NCBI RefSeq assembly: GCF_009914755.1
Contig: NC_060941.1
Reading direction: 5' to 3' (one strand)
DNA from: the human T2T-CHM13v2.0 reference genome, Homo sapiens
DNA: 64,000 nucleotides
Part shown: positions 1-13,874 of the stretch, one piece after another
Layout of the letters: each line of letters begins with the position of its first letter
How positions within the stretch are numbered: position 1 is the first letter of the stretch
Notes under the pieces: model-generated
The model's input: the letters and a program-made list of their open reading frames with translations, nothing else
Database searches by the model: none
What the model was told of the DNA's origin: nothing
Program-made: the position numbers and the translations under genes

Positions 1-199
1 TGGGAAGGGGATAGTGTCTGGAAGTAGATGAATGAACACTTGCTGGTGCAGGGACCAGGGGGTAAAGGCTGGCAGGTGAAGAGCTGGGAGGGGCCCCACC
101 CAGGACTAACTGGGGTGACACTAGGAGGGAACTCTGAGGGGCAGGACAAGGAAGGGACCTTGGGATCTTAGAGCTAAAGTCATGTGATCTGTCTTTCAG

Positions 200-412
200 G
201 ACATAGATCTGATTGACATCCTTTGGCGACAGGATATTGATCTGGGGGCTGGGCGTGAGGTTTTTGACTATAGTCACCGCCAGAAGGAGCAGGATGTGGA
301 GAAGGAGCTGCGAGATGGAGGCGAGCAGGACACCTGGGCAGGCGAGGGCGCGGAAGCTCTGGCACGGAACCTGCTAGTGGATGGAGAGACTGGGGAGAGC
401 TTCCCTGCACAG
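200..412 (+). CDS. NFE2L1: NFE2L1 internal coding exon (71 codons, DIDLIDILWRQDIDLG...DGETGESFPAQ; Neh2-like region)
   Basis: tttcag|GAC acceptor at 199/200 and CAG|gtacc donor at 412/413; phase 0-0; carries the DLG and ETGE motifs of CNC-bZIP NRF1/NRF2. Confidence 0.97.
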
Positions 413-845
413 GTACCATCGCCCCTGCTCACTGGGCTCTCTTCTTGTCCCTACTACCCTGACACAAACCAGGCTGGAGTTCTTCCAGAAACTTCCTTTA
501 GAGAAGACAGGTGGTGTGTGGGGTGGACCTGAATTTCTGTTTTGGGTTGGGGTCTGTAAGTCACAGTGGCTGAGCCTTGGAAGGGGGGAGTGGAAAGCAG
601 CAGATGCAGAATGGCCAGGCCGTGGCAACAGACAGTGCAAGGGAGGCAGAGCATGTAGCATCTTCCTGCTTGCTTCAGGACTCTTTCACTCTCTTCTGTT
701 GTTTCTGGGAGTTTGGGACTCGGGGCCAGCCATTAGCCTGGGAATGGGAGGGAGACTGCAGGGCTTCAGCCATTCTGGGAAAGAAGCTTCAGCCCCAGGC
801 AGCCAAGGCCCAGGTCAATCAGACTTACAGTTCCTGTTGCCACAG

Positions 846-935
846 GTGCCTAGTGGGGAGGACCAGACGGCCCTGTCCCTGGAAGAGTGCCTTAGGCTGC
901 TGGAAGCCACCTGCCCCTTTGGGGAGAATGCTGAG
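846..935 (+). CDS. NFE2L1: NFE2L1 90-nt cassette exon (VPSGEDQTALSLEECLRLLEATCPFGENAE; included in TCF11, skipped in the shorter NRF1 isoform)
   Basis: cacag|GTG acceptor, GAG|gtgag donor; 30 codons, frame-preserving; Leu-rich NES-like motif. Confidence 0.95.
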
Positions 936-1157
936 GTGAGCAGGACTCCAGTGAGAGTCCACCAAGTGAGCAGGGCAGCCTGTACCTGGTGTGTCCCTCC
1001 ATGGCTGAGGGGCCAGCTGTTGGTTCTGGCCTTATTCTGGCTGCTGGGGGTAAATGCAGAGGAAGGAAGAACAGAAACAGGTCCAGGTGGTAATCTCTGG
1101 GAGGAAAGCACAAGGTTTTTCCTTCCCCCTTGTTAAAGCCTCTGTGTTTTGCCCTAG

Positions 1158-1316
1158 TTTCCAGCAGACATTTCCAGCATAACAGAAGCAGTGCCTAGTG
1201 AGAGTGAGCCCCCTGCTCTTCAAAACAACCTCTTGTCTCCTCTTCTGACCGGGACAGAGTCACCATTTGATTTGGAACAGCAGTGGCAAGATCTCATGTC
1301 CATCATGGAAATGCAG
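1158..1316 (+). CDS. NFE2L1: NFE2L1 coding exon (FPADISSITE...FDLEQQWQDLMSIMEMQ; Neh5-like)
   Basis: ccctag|TTT acceptor, CAG|gtagg donor; 53 codons; DLEQQWQDL motif. Confidence 0.96.
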
Positions 1317-1621
1317 GTAGGATTGTCGGAACCGGGCACAAACCTATTGGATTTTGCACAGATTGTCTTAGCACTCAGTTGCTTTTCCATCTCCAAGGAG
1401 AGAAAGTGTAATACTTTCCCTGAATCATAGAGAAGTGGGGACAATGAGAAGAAACCTGTCCAGGTGTGTCCTTGGGGCAATGGGAGCTGGAGACAGGTAG
1501 GGTTTGGGTTAAATAAAACTCAGGACTCAGCCTTCCAAATCAGGGCCTGCCTCCTGGGTGTGCCTTCTTCCTTTCCTTCAGGCAGATAGGCACTTGGCTG
1601 AATGCTTCCAAGGTTGTGCGT

Positions 1622-1812
1622 TAATAATAGCTGACATTCACATGGTGCTTCACAGCCATCGTTCGCTCACTTGGCCCTCACAGTCATCTAGTCAGCCTTT
1701 ATCTCAAAGGTGAGGAAATTGAAGCTCAGAGGTTAAATGATGTGCCCATCGTCACACAGCAAGTGGTGCAGCTAGGTTTTCTGACTTAAGTCTGGGTGTT
1801 CTTTTCACTGTG
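1622..1812 (-). mobile_element. MIR SINE relic
   Basis: aataatagctgacatt...tgaggaaattgaagctcagaggttaaatgatgtgccc...gtcacacagc matches the MIR core in antisense. Confidence 0.7.
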
Positions 1813-2108
1813 CTGATTTTGCAGTAACAAGGTAGTGTTTTCTTCCTCTCCCTCCAAGATGGGGGAGTCTGGCCAAACATGAGGAAAAGCGGATCAGTCC
1901 TATATTAGGGTGGAGCCTACATGGAAGAACCCATCTCTGCCAGGCCTGGTGGACGAAGCTGGGTCAGGAGCTGACACTGTGGGCTTTGGTTTATAGTATT
2001 TTGCCTTTACACCCATGCAGCTGTGCCTCTGTTGGGTGCCTGCAGTGTGTGAGCCCCAGGGGAGGGAGTCAGTTCCTAGTGAACAGTGGTGCTCTTCTCC
2101 CCTCCCAG

Positions 2109-3455
2109 GCCATGGAAGTGAACACATCAGCAAGTGAAATCCTGTACAGTGCCCCTCCTGGAGACCCACTGAGCACCAACTACAGCCTTGCCCCCAACAC
2201 TCCCATCAATCAGAATGTCAGCCTGCATCAGGCGTCCCTGGGGGGCTGCAGCCAGGACTTCTTACTCTTCAGCCCCGAGGTGGAAAGCCTGCCTGTGGCC
2301 AGTAGCTCCACGCTGCTCCCGTTGGCCCCCAGCAATTCTACCAGCCTCAACTCCACCTTCGGCTCCACCAACCTGACAGGGCTCTTCTTTCCACCCCAGC
2401 TCAATGGCACAGCCAATGACACAGCAGGCCCAGAGCTGCCTGACCCTTTGGGGGGTCTGTTAGATGAAGCTATGTTGGATGAGATCAGCCTTATGGACCT
2501 GGCCATTGAAGAAGGCTTTAACCCTGTGCAGGCCTCCCAGCTGGAGGAGGAATTTGACTCTGACTCAGGCCTTTCCTTAGACTCGAGCCATAGCCCTTCT
2601 TCCCTAAGCAGCTCTGAAGGCAGTTCTTCCTCTTCTTCCTCCTCCTCTTCCTCTTCTTCCTCTGCTTCTTCCTCTGCCTCTTCCTCCTTTTCTGAGGAAG
2701 GTGCGGTTGGCTACAGCTCTGACTCTGAGACCCTGGATCTGGAAGAGGCCGAGGGTGCTGTGGGCTACCAGCCTGAGTATTCCAAGTTCTGCCGCATGAG
2801 CTACCAGGATCCAGCTCAGCTCTCATGCCTGCCCTACCTGGAGCACGTGGGCCACAACCACACATACAACATGGCACCCAGTGCCCTGGACTCAGCCGAC
2901 CTGCCACCACCCAGTGCCCTCAAGAAAGGCAGCAAGGAGAAGCAGGCTGACTTCCTGGACAAGCAGATGAGCCGGGATGAGCACCGAGCCCGAGCCATGA
3001 AGATCCCTTTCACCAATGACAAAATCATCAACCTGCCTGTGGAGGAGTTCAATGAACTGCTGTCCAAATACCAGTTGAGTGAAGCCCAGCTGAGCCTCAT
3101 CCGAGACATCCGGCGCCGGGGCAAGAACAAGATGGCGGCGCAGAACTGCCGCAAGCGCAAGCTGGACACCATCCTGAATCTGGAGCGTGATGTGGAGGAC
3201 CTGCAGCGTGACAAAGCCCGGCTGCTGCGGGAGAAAGTGGAGTTCCTGCGCTCCCTGCGACAGATGAAGCAGAAGGTCCAGAGCCTGTACCAGGAGGTGT
3301 TTGGGCGGCTGCGAGATGAGAACGGACGACCCTACTCGCCCAGTCAGTATGCGCTCCAGTACGCCGGGGACGGCAGTGTCCTCCTCATCCCCCGCACGAT
3401 GGCCGACCAGCAGGCCCGGCGGCAGGAGAGGAAGCCAAAGGACCGGAGAAAGTGA
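2109..3455 (+). CDS. NFE2L1: NFE2L1 terminal coding exon: NST glycodomain, DSGLS degron, Ser repeat, CNC domain, bZIP, C-terminus
   Basis: cccag|GCC acceptor at 2108/2109; 448 codons + TGA at 3453-3455; HNHTY, RDIRRRGKNKMAAQNCRKRK basic region, leucine zipper. Confidence 0.99.
   Translation, partial: AMEVNTSASEILYSAPPGDPLSTNYSLAPNTPINQNVSLHQASLGGCSQDFLLFSPEVESLPVASSSTLLPLAPSNSTSLNSTFGSTNLTGLFFPPQLNGTANDTAGPELPDPLGGLLDEAMLDEISLMDLAIEEGFNPVQASQLEEEFDSDSGLSLDSSHSPSSLSSSEGSSSSSSSSSSSSSSASSSASSSFSEEGAVGYSSDSETLDLEEAEGAVGYQPEYSKFCRMSYQDPAQLSCLPYLEHVGHNHTYNMAPSALDSADLPPPSALKKGSKEKQADFLDKQMSRDEHRARAMKIPFTNDKIINLPVEEFNELLSKYQLSEAQLSLIRDIRRRGKNKMAAQNCRKRKLDTILNLERDVEDLQRDKARLLREKVEFLRSLRQMKQKVQSLYQEVFGRLRDENGRPYSPSQYALQYAGDGSVLLIPRTMADQQARRQERKPKDRRK
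2622..2693 (+). repeat. Coding TCT/TCC low-complexity repeat (poly-serine)
   Basis: Almost pure pyrimidine run encoding SSSSSSSSSSSSSASSSASSSFS. Confidence 0.9.
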
Positions 3456-3507
3456 GCCTGGGGAAGAAGGGGGTTTGAAGCCCACCAAGACCGAAACTGG
3501 AGAAGGG

Positions 3508-3533
3508 CTGGACCTGGACCTGGACCTGGACCT
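3508..3533 (+). repeat. (CTGGAC)4 hexamer repeat in NFE2L1 3'UTR
   Basis: ctggacctggacctggacctggacct. Confidence 0.9.
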
Positions 3534-3850
3534 ACAGCGGGGACTTAAATGCCTTCTTATCCAATATATCTTCTCAGATGGGATGACTGCGGGTCAGTGT
3601 ACAGGAAGAGGCAGGCACTGGCTGGCTCAGCTCCACTCGGGTGGAGTGGAAGTGGCCAGACCATTTAGACGGACAGGGTCCTCACCCTACCCCTTTCCTG
3701 TGAGGCAGGGGTGGTGGTGGAGTTGCTGGAGGTAGAGGAGCTATGTGGAGCAAAGGCCGACAGAGGGGAAGGAATGGACCTGTGAGAGGAAGGGAAGGTG
3801 GCAGAAAGTCTCATTTCAGGAAGGAGGGATAGAAGGAAGGAAGGAAGGAA

Positions 3851-3877
3851 CCCCCCCCCCCCCCCCCGAAAAAAAAA
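3851..3877 (+). repeat. C17-G-A9 homopolymer tract
   Basis: Direct reading. Confidence 0.9.
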
Positions 3878-5273
3878 TCAAAGCGGGAAGAAAATCAGAG
3901 GGAAGGTTAAGGTTGGCTCTGGCCAGGATTCCAGGCAGCAGGTTGGAGTGACTGGTGGGCCTAGATCACTGGTGTGATAAACCCCATTTCACCCCGGGGG
4001 GGGTGGGGTACACAGACACAGGGTGGGGGTGGGGAGGGGCGGTGTTAACTCTTTCTGCTCCTTGCATTTTGACATCCCTGAAGGGGAGCTCTTGGATATC
4101 ATTGGCCATGTTTCAATCGAATGGAGCCACTGGGCCCCAACACTGGCTTTGAGATTTAGAGTCAAAGGGTAGAGTGAACAGGAAAGGGTCACGTGGTCCC
4201 ATGTTGCAACAGCCCCAACATCACGCATGTCATTCACTGCCTTGCCACTCCATCTCCCTCCGTGCTCCAGCCACCCCTGAGCTGAGGCTCCCATTGTCTC
4301 CATCAGAGCCTGCATGTGTATGCCGTCCTCCCCTGGTCCGGTGTTTGTGTTCCCCACCCCTCACAGACTGCCTGAGCTCTTCTGTAAGCTGGGGTAGGGT
4401 GATGGCAGTGCTCCGGGAACTGGGCCTGCAGCCTTCCTCTTCTGGGACTGCTGTGAGGCAGAGGAATGATGGAGAATCTAGTGTAGCAGCCTCCAGGCAG
4501 GATTCAGCACAACACTGGGGAGTCACCCTTCCCTCGGGCCTCTGCCTACCAACAACTGGGCTTATCACTGGGAAAACACAAAAAATTACACAACCCAGCA
4601 ACAACAAAAGAACTAGTCCTCTTAGAATTTCTTGCGCTTTGATTTTTTTAGGGCTTGTGCCCTGTTTCACTTATAGGGTCTAGAATGCTTGTGTTGAGTA
4701 AAAAGGAGATGCCCAATATTCAAAGCTGCTAAATGTTCTCTTTGCCATAAAGACTCCGTGTAACTGTGTGAACACTTGGGATTTTTCTCCTCTGTCCCGA
4801 GGTCGTCGTCTGCTTTCTTTTTTGGGTTTCTTTCTAGAAGATTGAGAAGTGCATATGACAGGCTGAGAGCACCTCCCCAAACACACAAGCTCTCAGCCAC
4901 AGGCAGCTTCTCCACAGCCCCAGCTTCGCACAGGCTCCTGGAGGGCTGCCTGGGGGAGGCAGACATGGGAGTGCCAAGGTGGCCAGATGGTTCCAGGACT
5001 ACAATGTCTTTATTTTTAACTGTTTGCCACTGCTGCCCTCACCCCTGCCCGGCTCTGGAGTACCGTCTGCCCCAGACAAGTGGGAGTGAAATGGGGGTGG
5101 GGGGAAGCACTGATTCCCAGTTAGGGGGTGCCTAACTGAGCAGTAGGGATAGAAGGTGTGAACCTGGGAGTGCTTTTATAAATTATTTTCCTTGTAGATT
5201 TTATTTTTAATTTATCTCTGTGACCTGCCAGGGAGAGGGGAGAGAGAGAGAGATGCTGTTGAGCACATGACAA

Positions 5274-5343
5274 AATAAAATAAAATGGATGATTCATTCT
5301 TAAGTGCACTTTTTCCCCACTTTGAATTTAAATTGAGAATAAA
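5274..5343 (+). terminator. NFE2L1: NFE2L1 polyadenylation signals
   Basis: Overlapping AATAAA at 5274-5279 and 5279-5284, third AATAAA at 5338-5343. Confidence 0.85.
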
Positions 5344-5994
5344 GGAAATGGACTCATTGTAGGGAGGACTGGCCATTGCGTGGCTAAGGCAGAGCTCACA
5401 TGGGAAGATGGGTGGAGAACTGGGGAGGTTGACAGTGGGGAACTTCAAAAGGCAAGTCTTAAATATTGTATTAAACCTTGGGGGCAGGCATTAGACACCA
5501 TGTACTTCATAGGGTTAGCCAGCTCAATCCTCTCAGGAAGGATTCGGAGTTTTTTTATTCTCATACAGCTAGGATAGGTGGAGGTGTCATTTAACCCAGC
5601 TCTTTACCTGTCCACCTGCTACAAACTACATTTTTAAACTCAACTGTGCTGTTATTTTTCTAGTGGCCTCACCTGCCAAAGGGGTGCAGAGAATTGGAGT
5701 GTAGTTATGATGTTGAAAACCTGAGAAATCCATGGCAGCGACTAACATGTGACAAGCACTACTGTGTTAAGCAGGAGCAGGGCCACTAAAGAGAAGCAGG
5801 AGGCCAAGGTTTAGGACACTGGGAAACCTCCCCAGCTGAGGGGGCTAGAATCTGCTTTCCCTCAAACTGCTCAACTACCCGCCCTGTGAAGAGCTGTAAT
5901 GTGTGAAGGTCTCTGGGATGCTGGAACTTCCACATGCCCATGTTAGGGCAGGTGTTTAGTAGATGCTGGAAGAATGAACACTCACTCAGCAGTC

Positions 5995-6273
<279 letters not shown>

Positions 6274-6612
6274 TGAGATTATTGGGCAGGGTTTAGGAGT
6301 GGAAGCTATGATCCTCTTAATGGAAGCTGTGATCTCAAACTCCTGGATACCACCCTGTAACCTGGTTCAGCTCAGTCCTTTAGTGATACTACTTCAGTAA
6401 TGTTTACAATTCAGTAGAATTGTAAGAATAATGATGGTTTCTTATGTTTCAGTTTATAAGAGCCTCTCCACAACTCCCCAGTCTCCAGTTGGAAAGGTTT
6501 GGTCATATCAAACAAGAACTCTTTCCTAATTCAGAATTGACTAAAGTCTGTAAGCCAGATAAAACCAAGATACGTAAAGGGGTGAAAAAACCAAGACTAA
6601 AAATTAGTTTGA

Positions 6613-6907
6613 GGCCTGGTGCGGTGGCTCACGCCTATAATCCCAGCACTTTGGGAGGCCGAGGCAGATGGATCACCTGAGGTCAGGAGTTCAAACACGA
6701 GCCTAACCAACATGGTAAAACCGTCTCTACTAAAAATACAAAAATTAGGCGGGTGTGGTGGCGGGCGCCTGTAATCCCAGCTACTCAGAGACTGAGGCAG
6801 GAGAATCGCTTGAACCCGGGAGGCAGAGGTTTCAGTGAGCCAAGAGCGCGCCATTGCACTCCAGCCTGGACAACAAGAGCAAAACTTCCATCTCAAAAAA
6901 AAAAAAA
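6613..6907 (+). mobile_element. Alu (S-like)
   Basis: Full dimer with poly-A tail. Confidence 0.92.
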
Positions 6908-7022
6908 GGTTTCAAAAACACATACCAATACTTTAAGAAATACAAATTATATATAGAAGGGTAAACTGTGAGAAGTAAAATTAAGTTTTAATATTCTTGT
7001 ACCCTTCCTAGAAATGTATGTA

Positions 7023-7445
7023 CAGTCATGTGTTAACGGCCAACATATATTCTGAGAAATGCCTCATTAGACAATTTTGTCATAGTGTACTTACACAAAC
7101 TTAAATGGTAGTGCCTACTACACACCTAGCCTATGTGCCATATAGCCTATTGCTCCTAGGCTACAAACCTGTACAGCATGTTGCCATACTGAATACTATA
7201 GGCAGCTGAAGTACAGTGATAAGTACTTGTGTATCTAAACCTAGAAAAGGCACAATATAGGCTGGGTGCAGTAGCTCAACGCCTGTACTCGCAACAAGAC
7301 TGTGCAACTGCACTCCAGCCTGGGTGAAAGAGTGAGACCCTGTCTCAAAAAAAAAAAAAATACAGTATAAATAGGGTATTATAATCTTATCAGACCATAA
7401 TCATATACATGATCTGTCACTCATGAAATATGCAGCACATGACTG
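7023..7445 (+). mobile_element. Tigger3a/MER7-type non-autonomous DNA transposon, interrupted by an internally deleted Alu (about 7260-7360)
   Basis: Terminal inverted repeats CAGTCATG...CATGACTG flanked by TA; internal tagcctattgctcctaggctacaaacctgtacagcatg matches the Tigger3 family. Confidence 0.85.
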
Positions 7446-7591
7446 TATATGTATTTTTGTTCAGTAATTACACTGTAACTTTTACCTTATTTTGCAACTT
7501 TTTTTTAACTTAAAAGACTTAAGAGATTTGAAAAATTCTTCTTAATCCCATTGCTAGTGTTGTCCCTGGTCTGAGTAAGAATATTTTTGTT

Positions 7592-7923
<332 letters not shown>

Positions 7924-9278
7924 TTAGAGATATGTACAGTTTTGTCTAGGATCGTGCTGATTAGCTGGGGCATGGGGCCAAGTTGGTCAGCACTGCTGTG
8001 GGGCTGACCTCTTTCTGCTGGCAGGTAGAGTGGGTGTTCCAGCCTCTTTCTGGCAGGAAGATAGGAGGACTGAAGTAAGGCCTGTGGAAGGGCTGCTACC
8101 ACTAGCCATCTACCTAAGGCAGGAAGTGAGAAGATGTCCTAAGCCGAACAGGACTTAGGCTTAACAAAGGACCAAACTCTTCAGGGTGACTGACTTGGGT
8201 GGGTGTGGGAAAGCTTACTTTGTCTTGACTTCAGCAGTTGCAGGCTTCATTCAAACTGATTTTTTTCTCACATCTTACTCATGTTAAGGAGATGGAAATA
8301 GGCCCATATTTTCAACCTCTGCCCTGCATAGATCTCACCAATGAAGGTGGGGCTGTTTCAGTATCAATAAAAATAGCATAGTGAACTATAGAGGGAAAAT
8401 CGTGATCTAGAGACATGCTTCAGTGTCATCAAGACTGGCCTCCATAGCTGACATTTCCCCACCTTTACTGGGGAAAGCTGAGTAATAATTAGTCCAACAG
8501 TCTGGTGAACAGGGAGGTACTTTTCATAGAGCCCTGTCAAGCTGGCCTCATCCCTGCTTTTATAACCCCCAGCTAAACCAAACCTTGCTGCCCCTCTTCA
8601 CGTTTGCTTGGTAAACAGTTCCTTGTGGAAAAAAACAACATCCCCACTATCCTCAAGTCCGCCACCTACCTCATCCTGTAGGCACTGACCAAGAGCAACA
8701 ACTTTAGAAGCTCACGCTAAATATAGTTTAGGGCACACCATGGTGAACAGGTGGACAGCAAGAAGCCTGTTTCCATATTGGTGTACCATATGTATACAAA
8801 CACAGGTACTAGATTGGTGTCTGCTTCTGAGTCATTTTCCCAGCCAAGTATAGAAATTTTGTAGCAAAACCCATGTGCTTCATGATCATGAGTAGTTAAG
8901 CCTTGTTTTTCTATCAAAGATCCCCGTTAAGTGAAAGGGACCCACAAACCTTCAACTTGTCATTTTGTCAATATACCAAAAATAACCTTTCTTTTTACCT
9001 TTACTGTATTACACAGAAGTCAATCATCTTCCTTGCCTCCCGCTCTGAACTTTGGAGTGGAGAATGAGCCATTTGGGGACTATGGGGAAACTTACCACTA
9101 TGTGTGAAACTTTACAAGTTCTAGTCCTTGTTCTGTTCAGTTCGTGTCTGCCTGAATTAGCCGAGAAACAGAATTTAGTACACGTATTGTCTCTGGAGTA
9201 GTGTGAGAATCTGGTACCTTGCAGAAGAGGGCTGTTTTCAAAAATTAGCTGGATAGAAGTCTTTGTCTTCCCTTTTGA

Positions 9279-9895
<617 letters not shown>

Positions 9896-11186
9896 CTAAA
9901 GCTGCTTCTTTTCCAGCCTAACTTAAACTGCAGAATGGAGATAGGTTGCACAGTATTTTTTACTTAATTCTAGATGCTCTTCAACTAAGGAAACAAAAAA
10001 TCTAGTTCACCTGGGGAGAGGTGGAGAATAGACCAAGGAGTTGGCATTCTGCCTTTTGTGTCAAACACAAGTGTAACTGGGGTAATAACAGTTGACTTGA
10101 ACTTTCCAATTCTCAATTAGGGGCTGAAGCAGTAATTGAAATGGGCTAGTGTCCCAAAGCCAGGCGTCAAAGTTGCCCAGCCTGACCCTAACTATGCAAA
10201 TAGCAAAAAGGGCAGGCTTGGTCAAAGTCAACTAGGATTTAAAAATCCATTTGGGGTAAACAGTGGCTTTGGTACTATCACAAACCACCATACAAACCAA
10301 CAAGGTCACAAGGCAGACCCAATTGTGCTGCTGGTATATTGTAAAACAGGTTATTTAATACAACCAAAAACTACAGAAGCTGAATTGTCAGCACCTATTC
10401 TAAACTTGATATTTAGCCTTCCCTCACTTTTGCCACTTCATTAGCCTAAGAAAAAAAAAACAAAACAAAAAGCCTTTAAAAGGCACTGCTCTGCTTGCCC
10501 CCACAAAGGAGGGCCAACTGTGCTTTTCATCCCAGCAGGATGGTTTTATTTCACATTTCATTTGTTTTCAACATTCAGTAGTTTATTCAACAGTCAACAG
10601 GAAACTTACAAGGCCAAGGTCAATTAAGTCATCCATAAGAGAAACAAGTAACTTTAAACTTCACACACTAGATAGGAAAGCAGTAACTTTTGGGGAAAAA
10701 ACCTCAGTGCTGGACATCGTCAAAACAAGGTGATGTGCAGATCCACAGATTGACAAGTTGTCTTGGGATCTTAAGCTCTCCTCTATCAAACTCCTGTAAT
10801 CCCACACCAAAACACTAGGATGCCTCTCCCTGATCATTGTTTCCTAGTGCTGAAAGCCAAGACTCCTTTATTAAGTTGAACGCTAATACTGAGCCTGGAC
10901 TTAGTTCAGTTCTATCAGCTTTAAATTATAAATAAGAACATATCTTCATCAGAAGACCCAACTTGCACATTAATCCAAGCTATCATTTTCCCTTTTACTA
11001 TGAGAAATAATTGCTTTATAATGCAGATTCCCAATGCCACAGTCCATAAAGATGTGCCAAGCACACAGACAAACCCCAAATGGCGCAAGTTTAACATCAA
11101 ATTGAGCCAAGTCTATGGCCACCACAGAATTGAGAGTTCTGGAATATAAGGTCATATCTGAAAACAGGTATTTAAAAATTTAATTA

Positions 11187-13459
<2,273 letters not shown>

Positions 13460-13874
13460 TCAGTGCGCAAACACAGGGCCAAATTCCTGGAAAATTTTGG
13501 AGAAGTAGATTTTAGCCAAGGTCATATAATCTATTACATACCATAGGCAGGATCTAAACCTAACTTAAAAACCCATGTTTCCAAATATACCATAGTTTGG
13601 AAGTGCTATCAGGTCAGAGTGCTCAATAAACTTTTGGCAGTACTGAAGACAGCATGATGCGACCATCTTTACAACCTCTGCAGCAACTGATAAATGCCCA
13701 GTAAGTATTTACTAAATTAACATGGTGTGACCACTTAAAGATTCAGGCCAGGCACTAGATTTTCAAGCCTACAGTGTTCAAGAAATAAAACCATTCAAGT
13801 GAGGAAGCCATTTCCAACAGGCTGAACCTATAAGGCAAGAAGGGTTCCTGGTAAGACTTAAGACAGAAATCAGG

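Larger units (their letters stand above)
3456..5360 (+). other. NFE2L1: NFE2L1 3'UTR (end approximate)
   Basis: Alu-free sequence between the stop codon and the AATAAA cluster. Confidence 0.85.

Noticed and set aside
381-1136. 251-aa ORF on + strand
   Set aside because: Mostly intron sequence that runs in frame through the 90-nt exon; its ATG is out of frame within the upstream exon and no domain is recognisable
1986-2108. N-terminal part of the 489-aa ORF
   Set aside because: Intronic read-through upstream of the clear acceptor at 2108/2109
3453-3460. Stop-codon readthrough of NFE2L1
   Set aside because: Context is TGA GCC, not the TGA CTAG readthrough motif
2228-3488. Antisense ORFs over the NFE2L1 last exon
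   Set aside because: Shadow frames of a GC-rich CDS
8822-8835. ARE-like site (TGACTCAGAA on - strand) suggesting NRF1 autoregulation
   Set aside because: Lacks the GC of TGACnnnGC; isolated AP-1 heptamers are expected by chance
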